Below are positions 35,446 through 50,021 of a stretch of DNA of 64,000 nt, piece after piece; within the stretch, counting starts at the first letter, position 1, and each line of letters starts with the position of its first letter. The position numbers and the translations under genes were made by a program. This DNA comes from Fistulifera solaris (taxonomy: Eukaryota). The notes beneath the pieces are model-generated. The model was not told the origin of the DNA. It was given only the letters and a program-made list of their open reading frames with translations, and did not search any database. The DNA is taken from positions 434,001 through 498,000 of the forward strand of contig AP026138.1 of assembly GCA_030295235.1 (NCBI GenBank), read 5' to 3'.

Positions 35446-37255
35446 CTACCGCGGCACCGTAGGCAACAGGAATGTGCGGTAAATGGGATTGTCGGTTTCT
35501 TCAATATACCGGTAACCCAATTTCTTCAAAAACGATTGCAAATTTCCGTCATCAGAAGGAACTTGAATGCCGACGAGCACACGACCAAAATCATCTCCGT
35601 GATTGCGGTAATGAAACAGGCTCACATTCCAAGCCATATCCAAACTCAACAGGAATCGTTGTAAGGCACCGGGAGATTCCGGAAATTCAAAACGAAACAA
35701 TCGTTCGTGTTCTACCGGGGACCGCCCACCGGCCAAATGTCGAATGTGGACTTTGGCCAATTCATTGTGTGTCATATCGAGACACGAAAAACCATTTTCT
35801 TTCAAATTGTGCATGACGCCTTCAAAGTCATTTTCAATGTTCCGGACGGGTTGGAAGGAAATGAAAATGTGGGCTTCTCCCGTACCTTCGTAACGATACG
35901 AGAATTCGGTCACATTTCGGGGCCAAATGAGACTGTAGAGCATGCGGAATGTACCCGGTTGTTCCGGAATCGTCACGGCCAAGGTTCGTTCGGAACCATC
36001 GGCACGTTCCGACACGAACCGCAATCGATCAAAGTCCATATTCGCCCCCGATGTGATGGCCACTAACGATTGACCCGTAATTTCGTTGTCTTCAATGTAC
36101 TTGCGCATCCCTGCCACGGCCAAGGCCCCGGCGAACCTCCAACACCACGCGGGCATCATTGTACGTCAATTTGATGGCGTTGCAAATCTGATCGGTATCT
36201 ACCGTAATCATTTCGTCCACTAATTTTTGACACACCCGAAAGGTTTCGTCACCGACCGTTTTGACCGCGGCACCATCGGCAAAGAGTCCGACCGACGGGA
36301 GTGTGACCACCTTCCCGGCCTGCATCGATTCCGTCATGCCCGCGGCATCGGCCGCTTCGACGCCAATCACCTTGACCGTCGGTCGGACTCGCTTCACGTA
36401 GGCCGCAATTCCCGCCAACATACCTCCACCGCCACAACACACAAAGATGGCATCCAACGGCCGACCGACACTTTCTTTCAAAATTTCCATGCCGATCGTT
36501 CCCTGTCCCGCAATCACGTACGGATCATTGAAGGGATGCACAAAGACCATATTCTCTTCCATCTGCAATCTTTTCGCTTCCGCTGCGGCTTCATCGTAAT
36601 TGTTGCCAAAGAGTCGCACTTCGACCGTCGGTCCTCCGTGCACCCGGACCGAATTGACCTTGATCGAGGGTGTCGCGAGGGGCATGACAATGACGGCCCG
36701 GCATTGCAACATGCGCGCGGACAAAGCGACCCCTTGGGCGTGATTGCCGGCCGAACAGGCGACGACGCCGCGGGACAATTCTTCCGGTGTCAAATGGGCC
36801 ATTTTGTTGTACGCGCCGCGGATTTTGAACGAAAAGACCGGTTGGGTGTCTTCGCGTTTCAAGTAAATGTTGTTTTTGAGTTGCTGTCGTAGAGAGTCAT
36901 GTGAGTATAGATAAACTTGAATAAGAAAAACACAGTCCCCTCGTCAACGTACCGCACTTAAATTTTTCGCGTGTTGCAAATCCGTTTCGATCGCCGCATC
37001 GTAAACACGAGCATTGAGAATGCGACTCAAATATCCCACAACATGTTCTTTAGCATCCAAGAGAACCGGAACACCGTGAGTTGTAAATTCGACTGTTTCA
37101 GTTGTTTTGTCATTGTTGTCGTGGTAGTGATCCGATACCGCCGAAGTGGATTTGAAATTGTTCTGGAGGGTAAAGAAGGGAGTCGGTGGCCTTTTCTGGG
37201 CGAATCGAGACAGCAAGCGACTTGACTGTGCGATCAATGAGCGTTTCGGCATCAT
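35446..37255 (-). CDS. ilvA: Threonine dehydratase (biosynthetic) with regulatory domains
   Basis: KREDTQPVFSFKIRGA (PLP lysine), SAGNHAQG, GGGGM, SGANMDFDRLRFV and FHYRNHG. Intron 36884-36952, frameshift near 36135, mitochondrial-like presequence. Confidence 0.95.
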
Positions 37256-37540
37256 ATTTGTGCGCTAAATATGGTGAAGAGAGCGATTGTTGTCTATAAC
37301 TGTAAACTAAGATCGACGAGATAAGGAAGGAAAGATTGAAGCAACGTTTTTGTTTTGATCGAATGGATGGCGTGTTTTTGTTTTCTTTTGCGTCGAGTGT
37401 TTTGTCTGCGCGTCTCGTCTTTCTGTCACTGTTTCTGATTTACTTTATGAAAAGAGTGGAGAAAAGCCGCGCTGTCTGACGTATGTCACAAAGAGTGTCA
37501 ATCATGATATACATTAAGGACAAGGAGAACTCTTTACAGT

Positions 37541-37803
37541 CACGATTACTTTTCAGTCATGAGAGTCATTATTCCTCCGAGACAGACTGTTGCTTACCCT
37601 CGGCTTGGATTGCTAGCCTGGTAGGCTACAACAGTTTTTATTGACGTTCAATTGCTTTGAGCAGTGTTTGCTAGGCACTCTTCTATTTTCTTATCATAAT
37701 TTGTTGCAGATTGGTGGATTCAGTATTTACTGTAGCCCCCACTGTAGACGACTTTTCGCCACGACTGCGTTTCAGTCATGAATCAATATTTTTCGAGACA
37801 GAC
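37541..37803 (+). repeat. Dispersed repeat family, two cores ~220 bp apart
   Basis: CACGATTACTTTTCAGTCATGAGAGTCA at 37541 and CGCCACGACTGCGTTTCAGTCATGAATCAATA at 37757. Both are followed by CGAGACAGAC. Confidence 0.75.
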
Positions 37804-37956
37804 CTCTTTTGTCCATAGCTTGGTGTTTTAGAACCCAACATCCGAACAATTGACCGAATTTAAGCGGTAACTCCTAGATCGTAGCACATTACTTTAGTAA
37901 TTGAATCTGATGTTTACTTTGCGCTGTATTTGTAACTTTAGCGCTCTAGTCTATGT

Positions 37957-39040
<1,084 letters not shown>

Positions 39041-39508
39041 GATCTGTGTTGTATGGGCTAGAGGAAGGCTTATCAGAGAAATGGAAGTATTGCGGGGCTT
39101 TTTAATAAAATAATCATCAACTTGTAATCGACAATAGTGTCAAAAGGCGTCCGCCAAACCGAGATCGCGACAAAAGGTTATGCAAGAAAAAGCGGCGATT
39201 GACGTCACTCATTATTCGTGACTGCTCTAGATCAATCGTGAAAGCTCATGACCTTTTATTTCTGGATCCAGATCTTTGAAGCCGGTTACTTCGAGATTCC
39301 ATTCGGTAGCCATTTGTACTTATAACCGGATACTCAAATATATTGGATGGAGTTCTTCATTGAACTCGAGCAACTCTGTTACTCTGTTCGCGGCGCTGTC
39401 AGCTCGCAACGACCGCAGCAGCTGTTCATCGTGCGATCACACACCCTTTATCAGCTCCATGGCAATCATTTTAGTTCATAACAACAAATATAATAAGTGC
39501 AATTGATC

Positions 39509-42500
39509 ATGGCGTCGTTACTGGAACATGCTCGTAAAAGCGGCATATGCCCTCCTTCTCTTTTATCGGAGGCTTCGAATGAAGATGGATTTGAAGAGGC
39601 CGCGCTGCGAACGTTGGATGTTGCCGGTAAGTCTCTCTTCCGCGCCGCGCCGTAATGAAGTAGCAGGCGTTCGCTCATAACAGTTATTTCACAGAATTTC
39701 GATTGACTTCCGACACGGCGGCGGCGGATAATTTCTCGTCTCTTTTACAGGTGAGTTGATGATGGAAGAAGTTTGAGGTTCGTGCGGCGGGAGACGTACG
39801 CGGGGAATTTGAGTCACTGAAGAAGACGCGGGGACCAGAGCTATTCGCCGCAGCGATGATATGCGAGGCTGCGGAAGAGTGGCTAGCAATTTTGTGGGGC
39901 TGCGATCCTCATATTCAGCTAAGGGGCTGAAGCAGTTGGAATCATCTGATTCGTGACGTCTGGAACTCTCTAGTGAGACCGATAGACGCTCCTGCGTTTT
40001 GATCTATCCATTTGGCTAAACAAACTACGATAACTTGTATCGAAAGGACTGGCTCTAAAAAGCGATGGAGGGCGGACGTTATACACGGCTGCCGTTTTCT
40101 TTTATCTATCTATTGATGGAGGATTCCCACGACACTATATCTTCCATTTAGAGTCATTTCCTAGCTACCTTTGATAGCCTATCGGGCCCTTGTGCGCCCG
40201 TCGAACGATCCTTAGCCGTTAATACACATCAACTACAGACTCTGAAGCATCATAAGTACGGCAGCATATGCATACATTGGATAGGCTTTCGAGTAGCAAT
40301 AGACACAAACCTTTGTGATCATTCAATCTGCCCCGTTGCCAAACTACCGCTTCGCTCTATTGTGTCGCCAATCATCACTTTGTATGCCTCGGTAAACTTG
40401 ATTTGTCAGTGTTCCAACTTTCTCACTTGCTGTTCGTAACGTTTACTTGGTTTTAGGCATTTAGTATGGAGAAGATTGGTCCTGATAGTGATGAACAGAA
40501 GAAAAACCGAATGATCCAGCGCCGGACGATTCTCCTAGCAGTCGTTGCTGGGACCCCTGCCGATAGTCCTACCTTATCCAGAATTATTGATGAAGGATAT
40601 CTTAGCGCAGTCAAAATCTGGCTGGATGATGTATTGCAAAATTCGGTTGGTGAGTCTATCATTGAAATCTTTGTCGATGAGCATTGCATTACAACTTCTC
40701 AACTCTCTCGCTTTTCTAGGTTCTGTTGACTTCTTGCTTCATCTATTAACATGCATTGTAAACTTACCTGTAACAAAGAACGCCGTAAAAGAATCTGGTA
40801 TGGGTAAAGCCATAGGTACTATAGAAAAGCACCCCATGTGCAAAGGTAGTCCCAATGAAGCTGCCATCTCTAAGCGTGTTCAGGATATAAAGAGGCGTGG
40901 AACGCCTCTGTGAAAGCGCGTAAAGCTATTGAGTCAACTAGTGAAGTTTCAATTACATCTAACAAACGTGCCAACGAGGAAATTAATGATAGTCAATTAT
41001 CTTCCAAGAAACCGAAAGTGTCGTCAACCGGCAAGAAGTCGTCCTCATTCTCGACTCTCCTCAAAAAGTTTCCGGTCCTCCCAAGGACGAATCAGCGGGA
41101 GATAAAGGGGATGAAGAAGACGAGAAGAAACGTGAGTATCTTGTTGATTATGAAGTGCGGGGCCGTCGTTACAGGTTCTAATATTTGTCGTTGTAGCTGT
41201 AAAGAAGTCGACGAAGCGAGTAAAGTGGTCGGATCACTTTGGGGGCGACCTGTCTGTGTCAAAGGTAGTCGAAGGCGGAGAGGTCGTTCAAATCGACAAC
41301 GATACATCCGTTTCATGGTCGGATAGGAAAATGCGCGATAGGTTGCGCGAGAAGGAGCTTCTAGCAACCGCTAGGTATGTATTAGTTTCACCTCGTTCTG
41401 CTACACGAATTGTCCTTCTAACCAGGTGTGATATAACTACCCTCAGAAAAGCTAAGCTAATGGATGATGACGAGGACAACTTCAACTTAGATTCAAGAGT
41501 AGCATCAACTATGGTACAAACTACAGAATGGCGCGTTCCCAATCTTCTACCTGAACGGCCGGATGTAGCACCGGCCAATCTTGTGTCTCAAGAAGTAACA
41601 ACACAGAACTTGAGAATGCAGACAGTTTTAGCTGCTATGTATTCCTCGGAAAATGAGGTTCCTCCAAGACCTTCACCGCTGACTGAAGTCGAGCAGGCGC
41701 TTGACATGACATCGCAATCGTCTGCTATTATTCAAGAAATTCCATTCTTTATTCCCGAACCGGTGGCCCCAGCACCTGAACCTGCCCCTGCGCCCGCTTA
41801 CCAGCCCTTATCTGTTCCGGCCTTTGACCCTAACCAAGGGTATCAATCTTTCGTTGCTGCCCAACCCACGGGCGCCACTCCCGAATTTGTACAGGCGCTT
41901 GGACTACCTTTATTTCTTGTCGGACAAAACGTACAAGCGTTGCAGACATTGGCCAGTTCACCAGGTTTACTTACCAACTTCGTTGATGCAAGTGGTGCTT
42001 ACGACCAAGCACGGTTGTTGGGTCTTGTTCAAACGCTAAGTGTTACTAATGGAAGCCAACCTACACCGAGTTTGTCATACGGTACACCAAGTGCAATGTA
42101 CGGTGCTCCAGCACCTGTTGCTCAATATGGTCAACAACAGAGTTATGCTAGTCAGCCACGTGGAGCTCCGCGCGGGAACTCTGAAGGAAATCTTCATGTT
42201 AGTGGTTATGGTCCTAGCACAACAGAAGCAGAGATCATAGAATTATTTTCACCTTACGTCCAGGTAGATCAAGTCGTTATGAAAGGCACATTTTCCTTTG
42301 TCAACACTAGCGACCCCTTGAACGCGCAACGAGCTAAAGAGGCTTTAGCTGGGACATTGCTAGGAGGCATGCCAATTCGTATTAATCCAGCTCAGCGGAA
42401 AAACACAACTACTTATGGTTCGTCTACGGTAGCTCCTGGTAGCAGCTTCAGTAGCGCTCCGAGTAACGGAATTTATGGGCAGGGAGCAGTCGGTTCTGTA

Positions 42501-42923
42501 CCGGCCATACACGTGAACAATCCTGTATCCGATCCAGGAAGTCTAGGGCAAATCAATGTCGATTTAGCGCGCGATGATAGAGGCAACCCCGCAACCAAGA
42601 ACCTCTTTGTGGCGGGATATGGCCCAAACACGCAAGAACAGGAGATTAGAGACATTTTTGGACAGTACGTCCATGTTATTGGTGTCGTCTCGAAAGGGTC
42701 ATTTACATTCGTCAACACTACAGACCGCGAGGCAGCTGTCCGTGCCCGCCAAGCTTTAAGCGGGACGATGCTAAATGGTGGGGTTCTAAGGATCAACTTT
42801 GCAAAAGAGACAGGGAGATTGGGAACTAGCTTCGATTTGACGTATGGAAAGGCCGGTGGCCCAAATGCCCAGGTACAAATGAACTCCAACGCAGGCCAAT
42901 CTTATTACGGCCGAGGATACTAG
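39509..42923 (+). CDS. PNUTS/PPP1R10-like protein: TFIIS-N-like domain, RVxW PP1-docking motif and two RRMs
   Basis: Exons 39509-39626, 39695-39750 and 40457-40649 join in frame across 68-bp and 706-bp introns. LPVTKNAVKESGMGKAI (TFIIS-N-like), KRVKWSD, and two RRMs (NLHVSGY/KGTFSFV; NLFVAGY/KGSFTFV). Further introns and frameshifts lie at 40.9-41.4 kb. Confidence 0.7.
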
Positions 42924-43063
42924 ATTCATATCTCTAGGGCTATTTTGCATGACAACTAATGTTTAGACAGCATGTGTGCACCCAGTCGATCGGTTAGAGT
43001 GTTCCTTGATTTTACTTTTGACATCCAACTAGTCTAATAGACCGCATACTGGGCTAAACAGCG

Positions 43064-46000
43064 TTATCTCTTTTCGTGTTTTGTTTTCGTGTTCTTTTTC
43101 TTACTGAAGGCTTCTGTTGTTGTACGCTGCAGTCTTTCGAAAACATTCAATTTAGTATAGTTGTTCGAAGGCCTCGTATCGTCTTGCCCAGGAGTTGCAT
43201 TGCTTGTGGAGCCGCCGTAAGATCCACCAGTTGTTACCTCTTGATGATTCGAAGTTTGTTTTACTGCAAAAGCTTGAGTAGTAGTCTTCTGCAAGCGCTC
43301 AAAGACGTTGAGTTGGGTGTAATCTTCATAGACGGAGTGGCTGTGATGCTGCGCGCTTTCGTGTCGACTGGCTTCAGCTCCGTCATCTCCCTCTAGAAGA
43401 TGGTCCAATAGCCTCGTAGCCGCTTCATCTGCAGTTTCTTGTCTCTTTTTCCTGCTCGAGAAATATTTCTCTCTTTGTGTACCGGTGTACTGGGATGGAC
43501 TAACTAGCCGCTCAAAGACCGATTGGTGCTTCTCTACGTCCTCGTCTGGGTCTCTATGGTCTGCTTCTTTATCAACTCTGTCATGTCCGGGAATAATAAT
43601 CCTTTCTAGGCGATCGGCAATTTCGCGCGACATGGCTTTGCGCCCTGCTTTATCAGTTGAGGGGGGCATCGTAGAAGATATGATATCACCAAGATCAGTT
43701 CCACGTCCTTCCGGAGAATTGCGAGAAACGTCTTCAGAGTAAGGCGGAGGAGTAATGTAAAGTGTCGGGCGGGCGACTTGCTCATTTGGTGATATAGACC
43801 GCTCCAAGGAAGGAGGAGGTTTACCTTCGGCAATGTATGCTAGGTCGGCCATTATATCAGATGCCCATTCAGGGAGGTCGCTGTCGTCATCGGTATTGTG
43901 GCTTGAAAATGGCAACATGTCAGTATTTTTAATTGACGATTCAAAACTCCGACGACTTTCTAAGAGAGGTGGTCGGCACATCACAGCTTCTAGTTCCGCT
44001 AGCGACGTTGAAAAACTGACTCCTGGGTTCTCTTTCAAGTCATCTCTCAATCTTTTCATTCCCATCTGAATTTGACGCAGGTGAAGCTGAAGCTCCTCGT
44101 AATCGTGGGATTTTGTTTCGAGCGAATGCTCGAGATTGTTTATTTTCTCTCTAAAAGAATCCACCGCGGACTCGCGACTTCTGAGGTCTATGATCTGCTG
44201 CTCGAGCGAAGCTATTCTCTCATTTGCGAGCACCAGCAAAGTATCGTCACGTGGCGCATTCGCTCCAGAGTCTTCTTTTACTATGTCCATGAGAGAAAGA
44301 ATATGCTCCTGTTTTTTCAAAGAAGCAGCGGTAGCTTCTTCGTCTTGCTCCCGAATATAATTTTTAAATGCTGTTTCTCGCACCGAAACTTCTTTTTTCG
44401 GCAGCAACGAGCCTCTCGTCTAGAGACGAGGCAGCTCTGGCAAGAGCGGAAACTCGTCGTCTTTCTTTTACAATCATACCAAAGAGTACCTTAGATACAA
44501 TCTGCATTGCTTCTTTTGGATCCAACCCTGTCGATAAAAAAGATCGTTTAGTCGATTGTCCGCGAATATAATTCAACAATGTCTTTGAACTATACCTGTG
44601 AAAAAGTTTGTGAACTTCTCCTCGTTAAGAAAAGAATCGACGGTTTTTGTATGACCGTTGCGAGACTCCGATGCTTCTACAGTGCCAAGACGACGGGCAA
44701 GCTGCCGTATGCGATCTTCCTTAAATTTGATTTGCAGGTCGAGAGACTGTGCTTCTTCAGAAGTAGGCAACAAATCTTTCATCGTCGCTTTCTGAGATGA
44801 AAGTTCGAAGTGTGCTTCCCATTCTTGAGCAAGTTTATCGGCTATGGCTTCTTTACGAGCAATTTCTTCAACTTTCTCGTCAAAATATTTTCGGATGCCA
44901 TTTATAATAAAATTTTGTTCGGTGCCTGTATTGTTACTGGTCTGGGTCTCCGTTTTCCTAGATACATTGGATTTCCTGCCAACAAGCACTGGGTCTATCC
45001 CCGCTTTGGCCATCACTCCCTGCTTAACAGATAAGACCCGCAAGCGTTTTTCGGAGTCCCGATATTTGGCCCTTAATTGACCCAGCTCCTCAAGTCGCGA
45101 TTTCGAAACTAGATGCGCTTTTCGAGCTTCGTTTTCTTTGTCCGCTGTAACTTTCTGCAGACGACTGAGTTCTCTGTCCTTTTCACAGCCTCTTTTGTAG
45201 CTGCTTTATTTCGTTTGCATGATCTCTACGTTCCCTTGTAATTTGCTTCTGTAAAAGAACCTTTCTACGTTTCATCTCTTTCACGTCTTCTTGCAACCTC
45301 GTTATTTGAACCTGATTGCGAGATGATACGCTCGTCAAGCCGACCAACTGCTTGTGTTTTTTCCTCAAATTTTCAATGTTCTTGTCCTTTTCTTTAAGCA
45401 GGTCTCTTAAACTAGCAAGAGACGTCGCGTCGCTTGCGTGAGTGTTTCGAAGCTTTAGTAAGAGCTGCTCTCTTTCCGCTTCTTTTTCACTTAGTGCTGA
45501 TTCCATTTGTCTCACTTTCTCTTCATAGAATTCCCGCATATTCTGGTCGAAAAAATACAAACGATACGATGAGAACTTAGAAAGATGAAAAGAAGACGCT
45601 TCTTTGACTTACAGCATACTTCTCTTCGCTAAATTTCAACTGATCAATAAGTTCTTCTTTGGCTGCGATTCCTCTAGAGAGATCAATCAAATTGGCTCGA
45701 ATGTCATCCTCATTGCATTCATCGACTACGGTCAGACCACCGGCTTCTAGATTGTCGTCTTGTATGTTGTCACCTTGAATGTTGGCATCTTCTTCCATTT
45801 CTTCATCTATTTCAGCTATAAATTTTTTCGATGCGGGCGAAAGGTAATCGCTATCTTCGAAGTTATCGTCACGGGCGGGAAGTGGATTTTGAGGCGTCTG
45901 GTCCATCGAGAACTTTTCGGATAACATATTTAATCGATGCCGTTCCGCTTCGGCTTGGCGTTGCGCTTTCTCGATGGAAAAGGGAACTTCGGGAGCCTCA

Positions 46001-47632
46001 CGCATGTAGTTCAATTTCGCATTTGCTTCATGAAGCGATTTTCTCAGTTCTCCTATTTCTTTTCATAAACATTGGCTTTGTCCAAAAATGTCTTCGCAAG
46101 CGGATTGTTATCTCGGTCTAGAGACGCGTTCTCGTCGACGACACTTAGCTGCAATAGGTACAACTCCTTTTCAGCCTTAGCTGCGTACAACTGCTCCTCT
46201 GCCTCTTCCTGATGTTTCTGGACCCGGCGCAGCTGAGCTTTCAAGGCTTGAATTTCATTATCACCATCGAAATTCGCTTTTCTTGGTGAATTGGACGGTC
46301 GTGATGGTGGAATGCTGCCTCCGGGCTCATGAGCGTTGTCGAGATCGATGTCACCTTGTGCCCATGCTTGAAGCACATCTCTTGAATATTTCCCTTCTGC
46401 CAAAATATCAACACCGTCTATTGACTTTAAAAGGGCAGTCGAAAGGCTTTTGACTTGCGATTGCAATCCAGCGATTAGCTTTGTATTGGCATCCACATTT
46501 ACAACAGCGTTGTTCTGAATATTCTTAGCTCGATTCGCGTATCGGAGACAACTCAAAGACTCCTCTAAGTTATCTTCTGAAGGAGAGACGCAAGCAATCA
46601 TCAGTGTTTTATGATTTCCTCCAAGACTTCCCTTCAATAATCGCGTGAGTTTCGAGTCTCGGTAGGGTACAAACGTCCTTCCGCGCTTCTTTGGGTCGCC
46701 CAGCGCAGAAATGACGTTTCCCAAAACCAGCAAACCTTTATTGATATCAATGCCTTCTTTCATGCGTTGACCTTCAGCTTGGGTGCGCTTGATACGTTCT
46801 GATCCAGCTAGATCAACAAAATTGAATTTCGATTGTTTGATAATGAGCCTTTCTTCGCCATCGGTTTCCTCAACAACTTTTGTCGACTGTTCAACCAAAA
46901 CAGACAGTATAGCATGTGATCTAGAGCTGCTTTCGTTCATTGCAGTCGCTCCTGTAACACGTCTCAGCATTCCCCGCGATAGACACTTCAATGCGTCCGA
47001 TGAAGAACTGACGAGCTCTTGAGTCGCTCCGACAACTTCAGGCTCGTGCGAGCCTCCTAGATCTCGTATCGTAAGCTTATCACCACCATTTCCAGGAACT
47101 AACAAATCACGAATATCTTCGCCATATATTTCCAAAAACTGCAGCCGAACACGGTAATCTGACGAACTCGAATTTTCCTCTAGTTTTTGAAAAGTAACGC
47201 CAGCGAACGTGGAATGATGCCAGACTGGTGCTGGTTTCCGTCTGCTGCTAACAATGCTTGATCATCGGGTCCCATCATGGTGAAAGTTTTACCGGAGCCT
47301 GTCTGCCCATAAGCTAGTATCGTCGCATTATATCCTTGGAGGCAGCTTTCCACAAGTGACATGCCACAGTCGGTAAAAATGGCAGACTGCTCCGTGTGGC
47401 TATCGAAAACCCGATCAAACGTCAGTAACGGACCCGATTGCCCACCCACTTGAACGGATTGCTGAAAAACGTCAAGACAACGATCGGAGCCTGCCTCTAG
47501 CGCTAGCAAAGGACGCACTCTCACGGCGACTTGAACGCAGCTGCTCGTGTCGAGGGGGCCTTTCTCCACATCCTTGGAAACCGTCTCATCTTCATCAGCT
47601 TCAACGTCACTTTCTACCGTATCCTCTATCAT
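43064..47632 (-). CDS. Kinesin motor protein, probably Kinesin-4 family
   Basis: VAVRVRP, GQTGSGKT, NESSSRSH, FVDLAGSER, VPYRDSKLTRLL and LRYANRAKNI, followed by a long coiled coil. Split over six ORFs by frameshifts and an intron near 45543-45612. Confidence 0.9.
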
Positions 47633-48107
47633 TTTTAATTGTTATTGTTCTTTATCAGCACAATGAGGTTACGAAATGCGCCGTCCACCGTGGCTTATTT
47701 GAATATTTGATGTTGCGTTTGTAATTGTCATTTGAGCCGTGCGTGATGAAGTGTGAAGGCAATGCCTTGAGTCGCGAAATCCAGTCACGAGAGCATTGCT
47801 CTTGCTTATACATTACCAGTAACCGTTGGAGTTAAATGCAATCCATCGTGGTGACTCCGAACTCCGAACGACTTTGTAGTATTGTCTATCATAGAAAGAA
47901 AGTTCTACAGTTATTCTGAGTGTATTTGAGCCGTTATTTATTTCCGTTGTTGGATAATTTTGCAAACAATGAAATCTAGAGAGCATGAGTAAATGTCTAG
48001 AGAGTAAAGACTAAGTTTAGACTTGGGTTGCTGCAGGAAAGGTCGCCTCATTCGCGGTAAAAACTACTGAAAGAACAAATTAGGCAGCATTGACGCTCGA
48101 AAAACTT

Positions 48108-48390
48108 TGAATTCATGACTGAAGTCCAGTCGTGGGGAAATTCGGACAGCACCTTGGTCTATAATAAAAGAGAAAGACAACGTTTCGCAAGGCTCTTTGA
48201 CGCACAATACAATGAAGAGTAATGCAAACGATACGAAAGACTTTTTGATAGCATCAACGACAAATGGACCTAAAAAATTTGCTGAACAAACGATTTGTAG
48301 CTAATAGGTAACATTGTCGCGCTCAACAAAAAATTGATTCATGACTGAATTGCAGTCGTGGATAAGTTGATGACACATTTTGAGCTATAG
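48108..48390 (-). repeat. Dispersed repeat family, two cores ~226 bp apart
   Basis: TTCATGACTGAAGTCCAGTCGTGG...GGTCTATA at ~48112 and TTGATTCATGACTGAATTGCAGTCGTGG...GCTATAG at ~48334. Confidence 0.8.
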
Positions 48391-49145
48391 TAAAGCAGAT
48401 GTCCTAATCTAGCCGTGAAGAGATAGTTAGGTTTATCACTGCCCCGGAGACTAATGGTCAGGAGTTAGGAGACAGGACCAGCTACCTAGGTTACAGACCT
48501 GATCTAGGCAAAAGACACTATCTGGTGCAGAATTACCTCTGCCTTCACTAATGCTGATGTTACAGATGTACATTAGGATGTTGAAAAAGAAGTAATAACA
48601 GCGAAGGCTTGATCGTTTCGTCGCTATTATTTGCTATGGAAGGAACGGAAAATGGAGAATGTAGTGTTTCAATTTTCAATTGGGTAACGTATCTAATTAA
48701 GGTTACGGGTTGCAGGTGCCATACACTATTACGGAGTACAAGTACTATTGTCGTAATTGGAAGCACTGAAGCCTGAAGCACTACAAGGTATCAGGCACTC
48801 ACAGTCCTCACAGTTGACGTTCACAGTTCAATCTCATTGGACTACGGTCTTCCTGAGCATCGTACTTTTTTTTATATCGATTATCGATGTCGCCATACAG
48901 TTTTCAGATCCAGTCACGGGGGTGTCGTACTAATTATGGATCGAACGGAAACTAGTTCGAAATAGGCCCTATAGAAACTGTACAAACTAAAGCTGGCTTG
49001 GCCTTTTTTTATCTCCCGCATTCCCGAACGCTTTCGAACTTTCAAAACTGTGCAACGAACGATGTTCATTTCTCGCGAAGCAATTCGCTTTTCCTCATCG
49101 CAAACTACGACTTTCAATCAACAAGATCACAACATTTGCAATAAT

Positions 49146-50021
49146 ATGGATCAAGCTTTCGACATCATTGCTGCTTTACGCAAACAAGAGCAGAGCTACG
49201 CCGTCAGTGATTGGGCTCTGCTGGAGGAACTGGAACAAACGTATTCGTCGGGACGGCGTGCACCCATCGTCGATGCTTACGCTCGTGAAAAGCTAGCGTC
49301 CTGGTGCTTCCAAGTGATTGACTATTGTGAAATGAACAGAGAGACAGTGTCCATTGCTTTTTCATACTTGGATCGATATTTGTGCACCAGCGCTGGCAAA
49401 AAAGCTCGGACGGTCAAGTCGCGCTTTCGTCTCGCGTGCATGACATGTTTCTACACAGCCATCAAAGTGCACGAGCGAACTGCTATGAATCCCGCCGTCT
49501 TTATGAAGCTGAGCGAGGGCTCCTACAGTCAGAATGACTTTGAGCAGATGGAACGGGAGATAATCGACGCACTCCGATGGAAAATGCACCCGCCTACGCC
49601 TATGTCGTTTGTCCGATGTACATTAGATCTGCTCCCGCCGGGATATTTCATGAAAGACCAGCTTGACTTGCTACTCGAGCTAGCTCACATTCAGACCGAG
49701 GCAGCTGTTACCAAACACGAATTTGTTACGGTCAAAGCGTCGACGCTGGCCTACTGCGCCATCATGAACGCGCTCGAGAATCTAAACCTCAACGACGACT
49801 TTCTGGACAGGTGCGACGAAATCATGTCTTCTGCACTCGCCGTGAATGATGACAAATCTCGAATATCCGACGTACAAGATGCTCTTTACGACGCGGTGAC
49901 CTCGGGGCCGAACAGTAACTCGTTTGCTCTGGCGGTGACGGGTTCTCCCCCGACCTCGCCCAAGTCAAACGCCCCAAAACCTTCTGTTCAAGTAGATTCG
50001 CCCCGCTCCGTATGCTCTTGA
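49146..50021 (+). CDS. Cyclin, diatom-specific (dsCYC) type
   Basis: Cyclin box REKLASWCFQVIDY...AFSYLDRYL...AIKVHE...MEREIIDALRWKMHPPT. N-terminal LRKQEQSY. Confidence 0.88.
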   Translation: MDQAFDIIAALRKQEQSYAVSDWALLEELEQTYSSGRRAPIVDAYAREKLASWCFQVIDYCEMNRETVSIAFSYLDRYLCTSAGKKARTVKSRFRLACMTCFYTAIKVHERTAMNPAVFMKLSEGSYSQNDFEQMEREIIDALRWKMHPPTPMSFVRCTLDLLPPGYFMKDQLDLLLELAHIQTEAAVTKHEFVTVKASTLAYCAIMNALENLNLNDDFLDRCDEIMSSALAVNDDKSRISDVQDALYDAVTSGPNSNSFALAVTGSPPTSPKSNAPKPSVQVDSPRSVCS

